The notes under the pieces are model-generated. The model was not told the origin of the DNA. It searched no databases and saw only the letters and a program-made list of their open reading frames with translations. The position numbers were made by a program, and so were the translations under genes. DNA of 64,000 nucleotides, from the NCBI RefSeq assembly GCF_006345805.1, contig NC_042998.1, positions 16,554,001 to 16,618,000 of the forward strand, in the 5' to 3' direction. Source of the stretch: Octopus sinensis (lineage: Eukaryota). Within the stretch, counting starts at the first letter, position 1; every line of letters begins with the position of its first letter. Shown here one piece after another: positions 41,575 to 56,805 of this stretch.

Positions 41575-41859
41575 ATAACAATTATGAAAATAACAGTTGA
41601 GGACGGCCCTGCCATGGAAGTTGGTAACTTATGCAAAAATATTTCGAGTGATGAAAATAGATACAGTGAAAATGCAGACTGGATTATACGCAGAGAAATA
41701 TCCTACCAAAATTTACCTGAATAGCATGGGAAGATATCACAATTGCAGACCTTAGAATGACACTCACGAACGTTCATTAGTGGAAATTCTCTGGTCATCA
41801 TAGGGTGTCAACTTTTGGCTTGCATCACTGCTGTACGTTCATGAAAATTTAGTTCAGCT

Positions 41860-42720
41860 ATTCAATAAGATTATGAAAGATCCTAAGAAAATATCTCATT
41901 CGTTAGCAAATGATATTACTTATCTACTTCCAAAGAATTACGAAATCAAATTTCCCCAAAGTTTTAGGCACATCATCTGCCTATCTACCAAGCATAAAAT
42001 TTCAACATACATCCTCGTGGATAAACCATACAAATTTATCGAAAAAAACCATATTTTCCCCACTGAACATAAAGGGTGCCGACGAGGCTCATATGGATGC
42101 AAAGATCAACTTCTAATCAATCGCATGATGATACCCGAGAACTGTTATACGAAACGCAGAAATCTCATTTTTGCATCGATTGTTTATAAGAAGGCCCTTG
42201 ACAGCATACCACATCCATTCATCTTGAAATCACTGGGTATTTTCAAAAATTCTCTTGTAATTTCAAGGCTCCAGCAGCACAACATGTAAGTGTGGAATAC
42301 GAATCTCCAAACATACCACATTAATGGAGTACTGAATACAAAGAATATTAATAGCAACTGGGGCATTTTTTAGGTAAATCACTTTTACTTCTAATTTTTT
42401 TCCATAGCCCTAATACACCTTACAAGTGAACTTAAAAGGATGGGGTATGAGTATAAAATGAACGATAAAAAGAAACCATGGATTTTACATGGATGACTTG
42501 AACGCCTTTGGACAATAAGATAATGAGCTTGAAAATCTAATGTGTGGCACTGAAAGCATTCAGGATCACATTGGGATGGAGTTGTGTCTTGATAGATTTG
42601 AAGACTTCACATTGAGTGGTGTTAGATCTTGAAACAGTTATAAAAGATCTTGAAGAGGAACAAACCCACACATACAACGGAATAAATGAAAGCATGAAAA
42701 AGATCATCAGGAAGGAATGA
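41860..42720 (+). mobile_element. R4-like LINE RT fragment
   Basis: EHKGCRRGSYGCKDQLLIN, YKKALDSIPH and (H)MDDL motifs. Confidence 0.85.
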
Positions 42721-42780
42721 ACTATATGTTGTGTTTTTCTTGATGGCTTGCAAGAAATGTAAACAAACTCGAAAGAAGAT

Positions 42781-43004
<224 letters not shown>

Positions 43005-43005
<1 letters not shown>

Positions 43006-43870
43006 AAGATGGAAAAGAATTAAAGATATTAGATTTTGCAATACCAGGCGATTCGAGGGTGAAAAGTAAGGAAACAGAAAAGATAGAGAAATATCAGCCA
43101 CTACGGCACGAGATAGGAACATTATGGGACAACAGGAAAGTAATGGTGCTGCCGGTGGTTATTGGCCCATCATCTGTCTATCTACCAACTATGAAATTTT
43201 AACATACATTCTCGTGGATAAGCCATACAAATCTATTGACCAAAACCATATTTTCCCCACTGAACATAAAGGGTGCCGACGTGGTATATGAGCCGGTATG
43301 TCCTTTCCTTCCCACTCGGGCTGCATCGTACACCGCCGTGCCTTGCTCATAACGTACCGTAACATCCACTACTACTACTCGTCGGGACTGCGAAATACCA
43401 GGTTGTTAATGAGCATGTCCTCAGAAACGCGGTAAACCGGCTCCCAGCTGGTCACCCAACCGTAACGCTAGACCTTCCTAGCCACCAGCAGGCATATTGT
43501 ATCATATGGATACAAAGACCAACCGCATGATCACTGAGAACTGCTATAAAAAACGCAGAAATCTCATTTGTACATGGATTGATTATAAGAAGGCTTTTTA
43601 CAGCATACCGTATCGATTGATCTTTAAATCACTGAATATCTTCAAACATACTCTTGTCATTTTAAGCTTCCTGAATCACAACATGTCAATGTGGAAGCAT
43701 TAGGAGCAATTTCCAAGCGCTTTGGAAACATATTAAGAATATTGGAGCTGCTGCCAGACTTGGGGTGATGCAAAAGAAAGCATCGTCGTGTACAGCTCGC
43801 ATTCTAAGGGGAGTACCGTTTCTTTGAGTTAAAGGAGAATGCACTACTTGAGGCCTTTGGTGATTTGTTG
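43005..43870 (+). mobile_element. R4-like RLE 3' end interrupted by a 530-bp RT fragment (43167-43696)
   Basis: ILDFAIPGDSRV..EKIEKYQPL..VLPVVIG[insert]ALGAISK..MQKKASSCTARILRGV. Confidence 0.8.
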
Positions 43871-43984
43871 TTGCCTGCTTTCAAGTAAAGAATAACCGGT
43901 AATTAAGACGTATCCGAGAATCTTTCAGAATAATAATAGTGATAAAAGAAGAAGAAGAAGAAGAAGAAGAAGAAGAAGAAGAAG

Positions 43985-44028
<44 letters not shown>

Positions 44029-44904
44029 GGACAAAGTGGAAGAGGAGGAACGCAATGAGAGAAAGAACAATTACAACTACAATCATATAATTCGTTCATT
44101 TTCCACAAACGCTCTCTTTAAGTCATATGCACCATTCTACAAACCCGTGCAAATTTGAGGGAGTGGATTAACAGACACGTTTATATTTGAAATGATACAG
44201 GAATAAACAGAGGAAAATAAAATGTTATATAAAAATGAATCTAATTTTCCCTTCACGCATACACTAACATCCGTTTTCTCTTAGAGCGTTCAAAGATTCA
44301 CTCAACCTCCTAACATTGTAGAATTCTCGGAGTTCTCCGAAATTCCCATTCAGCATTTTTACATTGGGTTAATTGAGGAAGAGAATCACATCTTCCGAGT
44401 AGAACTACTTAACCTTTCGGAAATATTTTTGCTGTTGCCACCCGTGTACGCTCACTGGTATGCTGGATGTTGGACTTCTATTCTTTTTCTATCCATAAAT
44501 TGGTTTGTTGCAGTTGGTACAATAACTCTAAATGTCCCTTGATATTATTTCTAATAACTGTAAGACTACTCCAGATCCGTAGTTCAGAATTTTCTTCCAG
44601 TTTCCTGAAATTTTCCTGATAGGGCCATCTGACCTATCGATTTTGTCCTCTCTCGCACTCTGCCTTTTTCTCTTCCATTCTTCTATAAGATGAATTTGTT
44701 CATCATCTTCACAAGTGAATTGGGAAGGAATGATAGGAGGGAAAAGGTTAACCATATTCAGCGTCTGTTACAGAACACAAGGCTACCTACTCTGTCAACT
44801 CCACACCAACATACGGAGCACTGTAATTATTTGCTACAATATCTGAAGACGGGTTTTATATGTTGGCCCACTTCAGAGTTGCAGTTCATGGCATGGTTTG
44901 AGAT

Positions 44905-44941
44905 GCAACCCTAGGAACCTTTTACGTGTTCCTAGGGTTGC
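44905..44941. other. Perfect 14-bp stem hairpin
   Basis: GCAACCCTAGGAAC cttttacgt GTTCCTAGGGTTGC. Confidence 0.9.
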
Positions 44942-45238
44942 TGTATAGAAAGCCGTCAACCAGAGTTTGCTAGAAGTGAAAGAAACTGGTTTTCTGATAT
45001 ATCCTGGGGTATAGTACTTTTGACGCTAAGACGATAATTGTATCCCGTTTCTGGATGGCTTTGACGGTCTTAGTGTTCATAAGGAGACATACCCCCGTTC
45101 CCATATCGTTTATTGTTATTTGGCACCCATACGTACTACTTAAAGATTGCAACGACAAAGTAGGCATTAACATCCCTCACTATGCCTCTGAATTACTTTA
45201 GATTTACACTGCCCCTTGTAAAATGGCACAAGCTTATG

Positions 45239-45296
45239 AGCGGATATTTCGAACATATTTCAGCAAATTGTTTACGCGGGCGTTATCTTCAGCGCT
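45239..45296 (-). ncRNA. Weak HHR candidate
   Basis: AGCG|CTGAAGA|T AACG..TGTT C|GAA|ATAT|C|CGCT; the first stem II pair is a U-C mismatch. Confidence 0.3.
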
Positions 45297-46439
45297 GAAG
45301 GTAGGATAGACTTTTCTTTATTCTCTGCCGATTGCTCTTGATACCCAGCAGTGCTCCTTTTAATTGATCGCTTGTTGTGACTGAAATTGTATTGAGTTCT
45401 AATATCAGACATATGTCAATTTCTGCTTGCCGTTCTGAATTGCATTGTTCAGGCAAAACGTTACATATCTTATCAATGCACTGCTTCCATTCAGATTCCG
45501 AATTCCGTTTTTATAACTATGTGTCATTGACAATCTTTCGGGATTTTTGTGTATGTCATTGCTGCTATTATTGTTTTATTTCGGTCCCATACAAAAACTG
45601 TGTATATGTCAAAATGCACGTTCCTTCTGTCATGAAATACAAAATGTTCCGTCTTTATGGCGACAATTTATTTTATGGGACAATTAATAAATCTAAATTT
45701 GTGTAAAAATATCTTCTAGAAGCAACCTTACAACAAATGTCAACATCAAAATCACACGAATCGCTTCCGACATTAGGAATGTAAAGAACAACAACAATAT
45801 TCTAGAAATTCTAAAGAAATTCGATCTATGTAATCAAAAGACATTCGGACTATTAAACAAGCAGGAACGAAGAAATTCTGTCGAAAGACAAATGTTTTGG
45901 TAGCGACAATTATAATATGATAGAATAAAGTCAGGTGTCGTAATTATGAAGAATTTGTACCAAATATATGCGTACAGTTATTTAGAGCGTCTAGTATATT
46001 GTTTGATGTATACAAATCTCGCCAAATTTTGTCAATATCTATGGTCAATCCGTTGACTACAGAGGGATTACGTATCTTAGCAGATTGGATCCTACGTCTA
46101 CAATAATAGAGCAGATAGCTATTAGTTTGATGGCAAGTAAGTCGGCAACAGTAGAATTGTTGTGTATCAATCTTACTAATGTATTTAAAATTGTACTGGA
46201 ATCATCAAGGAGTACATACACTAAACAATTTTAAGCTTTTAGTTGTTTCGCACTTTTAGAATTACGTGAGATGATGGTTCGGACGTGACATACCATTCAT
46301 ACCACTTAGGAGCACCACTCAGATCCATATATCTAAGATTGACTAACGCAGCATAATTTAATCTGACTTTCCTTCCCGGCAATGCAGTTACTTATGGGAG
46401 TAAAATAATAAGTCAAATTTCACCAAAATTGAGAGTATG

Positions 46440-46820
46440 ATAAAGTCCGGTGTTGCTCGGGTTTGTTTCGACGCTTTAGATTTGGAATTTTTGAAATGTA
46501 AAAGGTTTGCACTATGTAGCTTGCTATTCTCTTTAGGTGAACATTTTCTCGTTGAAATACACCGTAAAATGGCGACACAGCAGTCAAAAAACGTAAAAAA
46601 AATAGGGATTTTCATAGAAAAAAGCACCTTTTTGATATAAATAATTTTTGGTTTTAGCATAGTCCAATTTGACTTTTTTCTTCTCCGGAAGGAAGAGCAA
46701 GGCTTCCTCTATCATACTCTCATTTTTGGTCAACTTGCGCTGCAGGGTATCGGAGGAGATCGTGTTAGTTGAAGGCTACCAAACTTGCCACACACAGACA
46801 ACTTCAGCTTTATATATACA
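46440..46820 (+). mobile_element. Probable non-autonomous Helitron-like repeat
   Basis: 5' CCGGTGTTGCTCGGG subterminal motif and 3' ..CACACACAGACAACTTCAGCTTTATATATA end resemble Lep1-type Helitron-like elements (from recall). Confidence 0.4.
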
Positions 46821-48130
46821 GATTTGTCGTGTTACGCAGGCACATAAATACATACGTATATGTGTGATTGTACTTATGTGTAGGCATATTTGAAGAAATG
46901 TACTGTATACGACGTAATTGTAGTCATAGAACTGAGGTTATTGAGATTGATAATGAATACATGCACAGGTTACCTGAAATACTTAATGCGGCAATAATAT
47001 TAAAATTGTTGCTTAAGGCATGAAACCTACTGAGCGGTTTTCATACATAACTGGCATACATGCAAATATACAATGCATATAAATGCTGTCTAATGTGTTC
47101 CATCAATGATCTGATAATAAAATATAACAAGTGCTTCAGATCTTTCATGTGAAATCATTTCTAAATACCATTGGTCCCTTCGATACTATAAACAATAAGT
47201 TATTTCATGAGATTTCGTTGCTGTCACGACCACTCTTTAAGCAATAAATTTTCTGACGAAAGTCTTTTCAGTGAATGTCGTTTTACATTCTTACTTAATT
47301 TTAGTATCGGCGGGGAATGCTGGAAGACCCATGGTATATTTCTTTCTCATAAATGTCAATGCGTTTCAATTCTAACGATAATCTATGCTGGCCAAAGGAT
47401 TGTAACCTGTCGTTTCCCAATTTTGCTCATTAGAATTGTTTTTTTTTTATCTTTCAACGTATGCTATACGTTACATATTATTTTATCCGATATTCTTTCA
47501 CATTTTCCTAAAATGTCCTATTGAAAAATGTGTATCCGATTTTCTCGCAAACAATATAAAACAAGGATTTAAATTCACCAGATTACACTCGAGATGATCG
47601 ATGGTATCAATTTCAAAGCATTTTATACGTACATAATCTCGACATGGTCATGAAAGTCAAGGATAAGTAATGAAAGCATGCGCAATGATATTAAAACTGC
47701 ATAATACTTGGCGAGACGTTAGAGAACAAAAGCTAATATTAATTCTCTTTTACAGAAAATCTACTAAATTTCAATATTGTATATCAGATGGTCACATTTC
47801 TCGTGATATTAAAAATATTAAATTTTTAATAATGAAATGGTTGAAAATCCTGAAAGCAATCGAAAACGCGTGCTAAAATGGTACACAGGAAACAACCTAA
47901 GCTAATTGGTTCTATTATATATATATATATATATATATATGAGCATACAGAAGCTAATCAGCATATCCACATTTATATAGACAAGTGGATTCGTATTTCC
48001 CTCCAGAATTTTTACCCACGTGAGTCAGATGATAATACTGCCGAAAATAAATTCGTAGTTCTGTCGTAGGGGAGTAAAATAATCAATACAGATAAAGGGT
48101 GAAATATAATTTATTTAATAAAATCAACAA

Positions 48131-48206
<76 letters not shown>

Positions 48207-49079
48207 ACACGATATAACAGTAAGCTCAAATAATTTTAGTCTATTATTAAATTGTGGCTAACAAACATTAACTGGCCTATAACCCAGTATCACATCGATT
48301 TCATGTCTGAAACTAGCAGCGTTAGTTAAACAATAATTAACCTAATTTTTTTCTGATTCTTTACAGCTGAAATATTATGTTCCTGATTGTCGCAACATGT
48401 TCAGTGGATATAAAATACAAATGCTGCTAACATCAGCAATTCTTTTGCATCTTTTGTAGAAGTGACTGATGATAATGAACTGAAAGTTATTCTATAAACA
48501 CTGGCGGCAATGATATCACATTTTATTGATCGAAAATGACTAATTTACTTCTTCGTATCCATTAGTTTTAAATTTATTTTAGTTGACGAAAAGAGAACTT
48601 ACGGTAAATTCATTTCCTGGCTGTTGGAAACAATCCAAATGTGTCAAACGAACAGGAACGACATAAATTCAAGGAATAATTAAAGCAATGTGTGATCACT
48701 TCTTGAAAAGGAGCCTCGTGAATGAGAATTGTGTCGAATATTGAGAATAAAAGAACGAAAGAATTCCAATAACCATATATATTAGAATAAATGTATTTTA
48801 TATAGCCTCACAAATTCGCATAAGAACAGCAATCGTGAGGGAGTACATTAATGTAGCTATAATATCTAAATTTGGCATAAGGCCACGCATTTGTAAGGAG
48901 AGAGGGGCATTGATTCAAAAACGAACCTTTTTTACATGTATGACACTGAGCCTGAAAGAGAAAATAAAGATAATTAACTAAATATTATGAGTCATTTCAT
49001 TCGGTGCACCACAACTTTTCCTAAGAAGAACAACGAATAGACAAGAATAGCATAAACATGAACATTGATATTATTGTCA

Positions 49080-49265
49080 AGGCAGTAAGTTTGCAGAACC
49101 TTTAGCTTGCAGGACAAAATGCTTAACGCATTTCGGCCGTCTTATCGCTCTGAGTTCAAATTCTGACGATGTCGACTTTGCCTTTCGTCCTCTTCGGTTC
49201 GATAAAGTAAGTACCAGTTTAGCACTGAGATCGATGTAATCGACTTATCCCCTATCCCGAAATTG
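49080..49265 (+). mobile_element. SINE family B (diverged)
   Basis: TCTGAGTTCAAATTC..GTCGACTTTGCCTTTC..GATAAAGTAAGTACCAG. Confidence 0.8.
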
Positions 49266-49344
49266 ATGTCTATGATACAAATATAAACTCTTATTATCAT
49301 TTTTATAATATCAATGATGATGACGATGATGATAAAAATTGATA

Positions 49345-49560
49345 ATCCTTTGTGCCATAGGCGTAAGACCTGAAATTTGGGGGAGTGGGATAATCCATTA
49401 CGTTGACCCCAATGTTCATCTTGAACTTATTTGATCGACCCCGAAAGGATGAAAGGCGAGGTTGACCCATCGGAGTTTAATCTCCAAACTTAAGTGCGTA
49501 CAAAATACCACCAAAATACTTTTTGGTTTGTCCTAAATATTCTGCCAGCTCTCCACCTTC
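49345..49560 (-). mobile_element. SINE family B-related (diverged)
   Basis: TCGACCCCGAAAGGATGAAAGGC core on the + strand. Confidence 0.7.
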
Positions 49561-49732
49561 AAGTTCTATATACTCTAGGCTGAAGATCTGAAATTGGCGG
49601 GGAGCAACAAGAGCAACGGCGTCGCTGGTGATGCAGCTGCTGCTGCTGATTTTTATTTGCCATCAGCGAAGCCGATGAGTAGAGCAGTAGAAAGACAGAC
49701 ATAGAATGAAATTACACACACACACACATATA

Positions 49733-49772
<40 letters not shown>

Positions 49773-50079
49773 ATTCATTGTACACTTCAATTACAAAAGA
49801 GTAGGAAGAAGACGATCTCCTCGATAATATGTTAAACTGTCGTATGTCCAATTTTTGCCAAATAAAGTTTCATTCGATGTTTATTTTTACTTACAATAGA
49901 CGGTTATTCTGGCTAAATTATTGTATCTCCAGCTGCTTCCTATACTAATATATAAAAGATTGTCAACGTTTAGTACACCGGTTTTGCTATGGAATGGTTA
50001 AAGCATATTTTAGTTTTCTGAAGAAACAGCGTTTGATACGTCAATTTTGCATAATAGTAACGTTTTAATTACTTCACAT

Positions 50080-51120
50080 ACAGTAGGACCTCTAGGGACA
50101 CTCGTGGAACTCCGCCATCCAAGTTTTCCGTGAACAACAGGGAAAGGTGTCTACTCTCATTCCAGTTTTCCGACTCATATATCTATATCTAGAGCGATCA
50201 CATTGCCTCGTATTTTTTTCGCCACTTTCATCAAACTTTCAATGACCCCAATCGAGGAAAGCCCCCTCTTCTCCGTCCTTGATTTCCTTTTTACGTGAAA
50301 CTTGAAAAAGTCGATCAGGGATCTACCAAAGCGAAATGTCTATTTTCAGGCCTTTCAAACCTGTAAACCTGATAACCTTATTCACTACAGATAACTGGCC
50401 AATGAAAACTGACTTGCTTTCTCAATTAAATATGAACGGTGAAACAATCATGGATATGGACTCGGCCGATGTACGGATCTTTCCCACTCGGAACAGCATA
50501 TATTCGACATAAACCAACAATCCCACAATGACCGAAAACGGAACGAGTATGTTCAGAATGGTGTCCTCGTCTGGCGCGCACATTGAACGGGCGTATCTGA
50601 CAGCAAATCCGTACCCCTAGACTTTATCTCAAACCGATAGCACTCCTGCTTTGCCTTGCAGCGGTTCGGTCACTGAAAACAGGTCTAAAATCAGCCGCTT
50701 TCAGGACAGGCCCAATGAATCAATGGTAGATCCTCTCAAATGCGTTGGATAGAACTGAATTGATCACAGCCCCACCAAAGCCAGATTTAGTCCGGTACTT
50801 CTTTATGCAGTGTCACATAAGATGGAGGTTGTCATGCAGAGTCCTGCTCGAGTGTGTACATACTTATGATTCCTCAACCAGACTACCAACGACAAGCATC
50901 AAAATTTTCTCTAACACTTTGGCCAAAATCTTAAACTGTGTCTGTAGTGAAGTCGTGGATGGAAAATATACTAACATGTCCACATCTTCGACGTCCTTCC
51001 CTATTAACGTTAAGATAACCCCAGTAACATGACTAGGAAATGTTCTGTTCTGTTGCAATTTAAGGTAGATGTCTATGAAGATAGCGCCGAACGAGTGACT
51101 TTAAATGGTCTGTCGTAAAA
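50080..51120 (-). mobile_element. Decayed Tx1/L1-like RT
   Basis: GVILTLIGKD, FKILAKVL, RTLHDNLHLM, GGAVIN..SNAFERI and LKAADF motifs, with stops and frameshifts. Confidence 0.8.
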
Positions 51121-51246
51121 TATCCATCAACAAATATTACTCGAGTTTTAGACAAATTTAGATAACCATTTTGACTGAAGAACACACAGACATACACGCA
51201 AACACACACACATACGCACGCATACACACACACTTGTATGTATGCG

Positions 51247-51307
<61 letters not shown>

Positions 51308-52155
51308 ATAAACGAACGTGTACGTCTATTGGCCGGTTTATTTGTATGATTGTATGTGTGAGTCAGTGAGCGTATTTCACTGTGAGCTTCTATTTCCGTG
51401 TATATGTATATATGTAAACGCAAAGTGAATTAGCAATTTTGTTAAGATAGGAATAGGAAAAAAATAACATAATATATCTAACAATACAGATTTGGATGCT
51501 ACCCAAATATATAATTTATTAATGCTTCCAGTCGTATCATCCTATGTTAACTAAATTGTTTAGGTAGAAAACGTTTTGTATAAATTGTCTCCGCCCGGTA
51601 ATCACCTTTGAAGGAATCGAATTTTGTACCAGCTGTTTTATACAGCGTAATGAATGTATTAAAACCACATTAGAAAATTAATGCAATTCGTACAGATACT
51701 TATTTCTAATAGTTGCATATTCGTAACAAGTAAATGTGTTTGCTACCTAGGTTTTGTGTACGGTTGAATTTAATTTATCAACGGAATATATCATGATATG
51801 AAAGTGTCGGTACATACAAGAATCAGAATATATAAACACAAAGGGGTGAAACCGGAAGACATCATTATCAGAGAGTAGAGAAAATGATTTTCCTTTTCTC
51901 TTTTAACCAAGGCAGTCAAGTGTGGATAAGAACCTCGCTTTGCAAGTCTGTCGGTTCAGTCTCAGTCCTATAATAATGCATCGCGGGCAAGAGTTTGTAC
52001 TAATGCGCCCTATATATATATATATAGCGAATGAATGTTACATATGTCGAAATAAGTGTCGTGAGTAATGATAAATTCTTCTATATTCCATCTTGTTTTT
52101 TATTTGCTATATATATATATTTATGTATGTATGTATGTATGTAAGAATTATATAG

Positions 52156-52226
<71 letters not shown>

Positions 52227-52280
52227 CTCTATAATGTTGCCACTTGATTTGAAAATGTTTGTATTTATGAAAAACCTCTA

Positions 52281-52373
52281 TAATTGGCTGATGAGTACAC
52301 ATCATCTTCAATCTGTTGTAGTACTTGCAACATTTGATAAAATGATGTAGTACGAAACGATCGTATCAAATTA
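52281..52373 (+). ncRNA. Type I hammerhead ribozyme with extended stem II
   Basis: TAATTGG|CTGATGA|GTAC ACATCAT..TGTTGTA gtact TGCAACA..ATGATGT a GTAC|GAA|ACGATCGT|A|TCAAATTA; predicted GUA cleavage after 52365. Confidence 0.85.
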
Positions 52374-52403
52374 CCGGAGTCGTTCTTGTTGCTTATTTTG
52401 AGT

Positions 52404-52570
<167 letters not shown>

Positions 52571-53415
52571 GTAAGAATTATGTAGGTACATACATATATA
52601 TAAATATATTTATATATAAAAGGTAATATATACGCATCGGCTGCGCGAAAAAAGAAGACAAAATACTTCTAAGGCACAGAAGAATCACCAGATTCATACA
52701 GGCATTTTAAGAAAGAAAAACAAGATTAGACTCTTACTTCCACCAAGGATGCAGGAAGAATGTCTATAAATTTGATATCAGGATTTCGAATTTAGCCCCA
52801 AAGTCGACTCGATCTCCTAATTCAAATCCGCTTATATACGCATCTTATTATTGTAGATACACATTTGTGTATATAAACAGGCCTGTGTGTGCGTGTGTAC
52901 ACATCTTTTACACATCACATCTTTTAACTTAATTTATTGATTTTTTTCTTTTTTTTTTAAATGATTTGTATATGTCACTGAGGAAATTCGTGAAATTTCT
53001 GAGGTTGCAGAAATTCACCATGATATATTTACATAATTTTCCTGTACATCATTAAAATGAGACGGACAGCAAATATTTGTGTAATAATGTAATCTCCAGA
53101 TATATGCTTAGAATTGTATAATATATTTACACATTTTGTTTAATACAGTATCGATACACAATACCGCCCCATTGTACTACTACGCAGCTATTTGTTATAT
53201 GTTCTGACCATTTCTAGTTCTGTAACAAATCACAAACATTACAAAAAGACTAACATGTTGACTTACAATATTTGTAATCGTACTTGCGACTTGCTGATTG
53301 ATTTTACTCCATATATAGCTGAAAACACGATCAACCTAAAGATGAATGAAATATTTTAAAATAAATTACGAACTATAATATAAATAATTGTTCTCATATA
53401 TGGTAATGTCTCATA

Positions 53416-53717
53416 TTTTGTTTGTTCCTTCTCGACCCATGTCTGGTTCATAAGAGCCGGTTTCCCGGTTCCCTTGGCGTATAGGTTCCCTACCTGGACT
53501 GGACGCCGGCCCGTCGCAGGTGAGTTGCAAGATGCAGGAGGAAAGAGTGAGAGAAACCTGTGGCGAAATGGTCAGCCGAAGTTCGCGATTATTCTTTGCC
53601 GGAGCCGCGTGGAGTTTAAGTGCTTCACTAATAAACACACACATCGCCCGATCTGAGATTCGAATCAGCGACCCCTCGACCGCGAGTCCGCTGCTCTAAC
53701 CACTAGGCTATGTGCCT
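53416..53717 (-). mobile_element. tRNA-derived SINE, family C (V-domain-like segment)
   Basis: Head GGCACATAGCCTAGTGGTTAGAGCAGCGGACTCGCGG..GATTCGAATCTC; GACGGGCCGGCGTCCAGTCCAGG; AAAC tail. Confidence 0.88.
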
Positions 53718-54154
53718 CCACAATGCCTCATATCACGATCTATGAAAGTAACATTATTCATTTCAAATTATGGGAATGATATCCGTTTCCTCTTACGATC
53801 GTGTGCACTATCCACAGCCCACGTTTATCAGTTTTACATTTATTTCATCCCTGAACATTTCTTCGTAACTGTAGACAAAATGAAGGAGATATCATCAAAG
53901 TGAATGCAAACACCTCTACCTCGTGTCCCCGTTGTTCTCAAATAAATATCTATTAAAATAGAGTTTATAAAGATCAATAATTCAATCAGTGCATTGCATA
54001 CTATAAAATCGCTATTTGTATACATATCAGCGGAAAGGCTGCGGAATTGAAGCGACACATATACTTTGTAATGATAACCAACTGTTACTTTTAAAGCATG
54101 ACATACATTTTAGTACGGAATGAAAGTATGAAAGTTTTAAAGTTTATTAAAAGA

Positions 54155-54427
54155 GACGCAATGGCCCAGTGGTTGGGGCAGCGGACACGCGGTCGTAAGA
54201 TCGCGGTTTCGATCCCCAGACTGGGCGTTGTGAGTGTTTATTGAGCAAAAACACCTAAAAGCTCCACGAGCCTCCGGCAGGGGTGGTGATCACTGCTGTA
54301 TTCTTTCACCACACTTTCTATCACTCTTTCTTCTGTTGACCACCTCGCTTAGCCAGCGGGGTGGCGTCATTCTAAGGCTAAATCAATGCGAACGCATTGT
54401 GTAACTACATCTGATGGACTGGTCGGT

Positions 54428-54435
<8 letters not shown>
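54155..54435 (+). mobile_element. tRNA-derived SINE related to family C
   Basis: Head TGGCCCAGTGGTTGGGGCAGCGGACACGCGGTCG..GGTTTCGATCCC, homologous to 53416-53717 in its 5' half. Confidence 0.82.
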
Positions 54436-54481
<46 letters not shown>

Positions 54482-54995
54482 TTGATTTCTCAGTATATTC
54501 GAATGTAACTGAAAGGTGAATATAGTATTATTAACATCCAAATAAATTTATCCTCAACAGAGAAGGCTAGCAAGAACATTATTCGAAGGGTATACCTAAT
54601 CCAGAGAATTAACAGAGTGTAAGGAGAAGCGTTTATATATGATTACACATGCTTCTATGAATATATAAATATATGTGTATGTGTGTGTGCGTGTGTGTGC
54701 CCGTGCTGTTATATATTGTATGTATATATATATTATATGTACATAAATATATATATACTTGTGTGTGCGTGTAGTTATATGTATGAGTATATTTGAATCA
54801 AATGAAATATATAGAGCAGTGTGATCGAAGTAAAAAAATATTTCAATAATTTAAAGTACATAAAGAACGTAAATAATAAATTATAAAAGCGATGAAAATT
54901 TACCTGAAATATTTACGAGAGTGCAAGGAAGATATACCAAATGATTTATCACCACATACACATACACGTCCATCCATTATATATATATTAATAAT

Positions 54996-55074
<79 letters not shown>

Positions 55075-55273
55075 TACATATATATATATACACACACATA
55101 TATATATTTATATATATATATATACACACACATACATATATATATGCATATACACACATATATGTATATATATATATACTTATATATATATATGTATTTA
55201 CAAATGTATGTATATGCATATGTATATATATATATATATACATATATGTATTTTATAGATATGTAATGTATAA

Positions 55274-55309
<36 letters not shown>

Positions 55310-55366
55310 ATAGACATATATATGTACATACATATATATGTATATATATATATATGTATATATGTA

Positions 55367-55421
<55 letters not shown>

Positions 55422-56374
55422 TTATATATATATATATACATACATGTGTATATCTGTGTATGTCATTTTTCTCTATGTTTTACATGCTGTGCATATCAAT
55501 ATCATTCATATCTATAGGTACCCACATAATTGTGTGTGCGTGTGACTGTGCATGTGTTTACAAAAGTGTATATTTTGAGTGTTTATGTATGCATTCATTT
55601 AATTTTAGATCTGTATGTGAGATTGTTCTCAAACATACACTCGCATAAATGTGTATTCGATTGTAAATATTCGTATACATGAATATGAAGAAACGAAAAT
55701 TAATGGAAATTATAATTGCTTGTTTCAAATATACAAATATAGAGGCCGGAAGCTACTATATGTTACCCCCCTCTCCCCTCGAATGCCGAAGCATATTTCA
55801 AAATGTAACCATATCTATGCATACATGTGGGTGTGATTGGATGTATGCATGCATATATACGTATATATGCATTAATGTAAACATACAATTATATTATACA
55901 GACACACACCGATACATATATAAATATTGATATATATAGAGAGATAGGGGTGAATATGTTCATATACATGTGTGTGCAGAGAAAACTCCTTACTAAAATT
56001 TTTACGCACGTACACACGCCAATATTCATATTTCCATTTCTGAATATATTTTTTTCTTTCATTTTCCTTTCTTTTTTGAACAGAAACCTCATATACAAAT
56101 AGTTATTCCAGAATGTATTTAAGTTTGTTCATTTGTTCCAAATGGAGGCATGAATAAATATTGAAAGTAACAACGTCTCAGCTATATTATCTATTAATGC
56201 AAAATTTACGACACCATTAAAAACATACATTGTATTTCTTGAAGGATTGAAAAAAATCCTTTAAAATTATATATATATATACACATTTACACAAACATAT
56301 ATATATATATATGCAGTCACACACATTTAAACAATCACACACACACACCTATATATATATATATATATATATAT

Positions 56375-56429
<55 letters not shown>

Positions 56430-56771
56430 CATGACGTGAATCATATTAATGTGCTTTATTCGGAGATTGAATTTTCAATAGATAATTTATCAATGATTTA
56501 CACTCGTGAATATCGCATTTTAAATATTTATACCTATACAATTACATGTGCGCACGTATTCCAATCTTCAGAAAATATGTCACGCGCTTCTTCATTGGAT
56601 AACGGCACTAACATTTCCTCTCACATAAGCACAAGAACAAATCCCCTCTCACCCATACACACAGAGCGTATATATATATATATATATATAATATTATATA
56701 TATTATATATATATAATAAAGGCTTCCAAATAAGGAAGCGTAGTGCTAGAAACACAAAATTTTATTATGAT

Positions 56772-56805
<34 letters not shown>

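Noticed and set aside
43405-43440. TTAATGAG..CTCAGAAACGCGGTA HHR-like motif
   Set aside because: Needs two core substitutions plus two insertions.
44905-44941. Hairpin as a CRESS-virus replication origin
   Set aside because: The loop does not match NANTATTAC, and no Rep motifs were seen in the flanks.
53640-53717. SINE heads (also 31797, 54155, 62870) as tRNA genes
   Set aside because: No complete cloverleaf; each continues into SINE body sequence.
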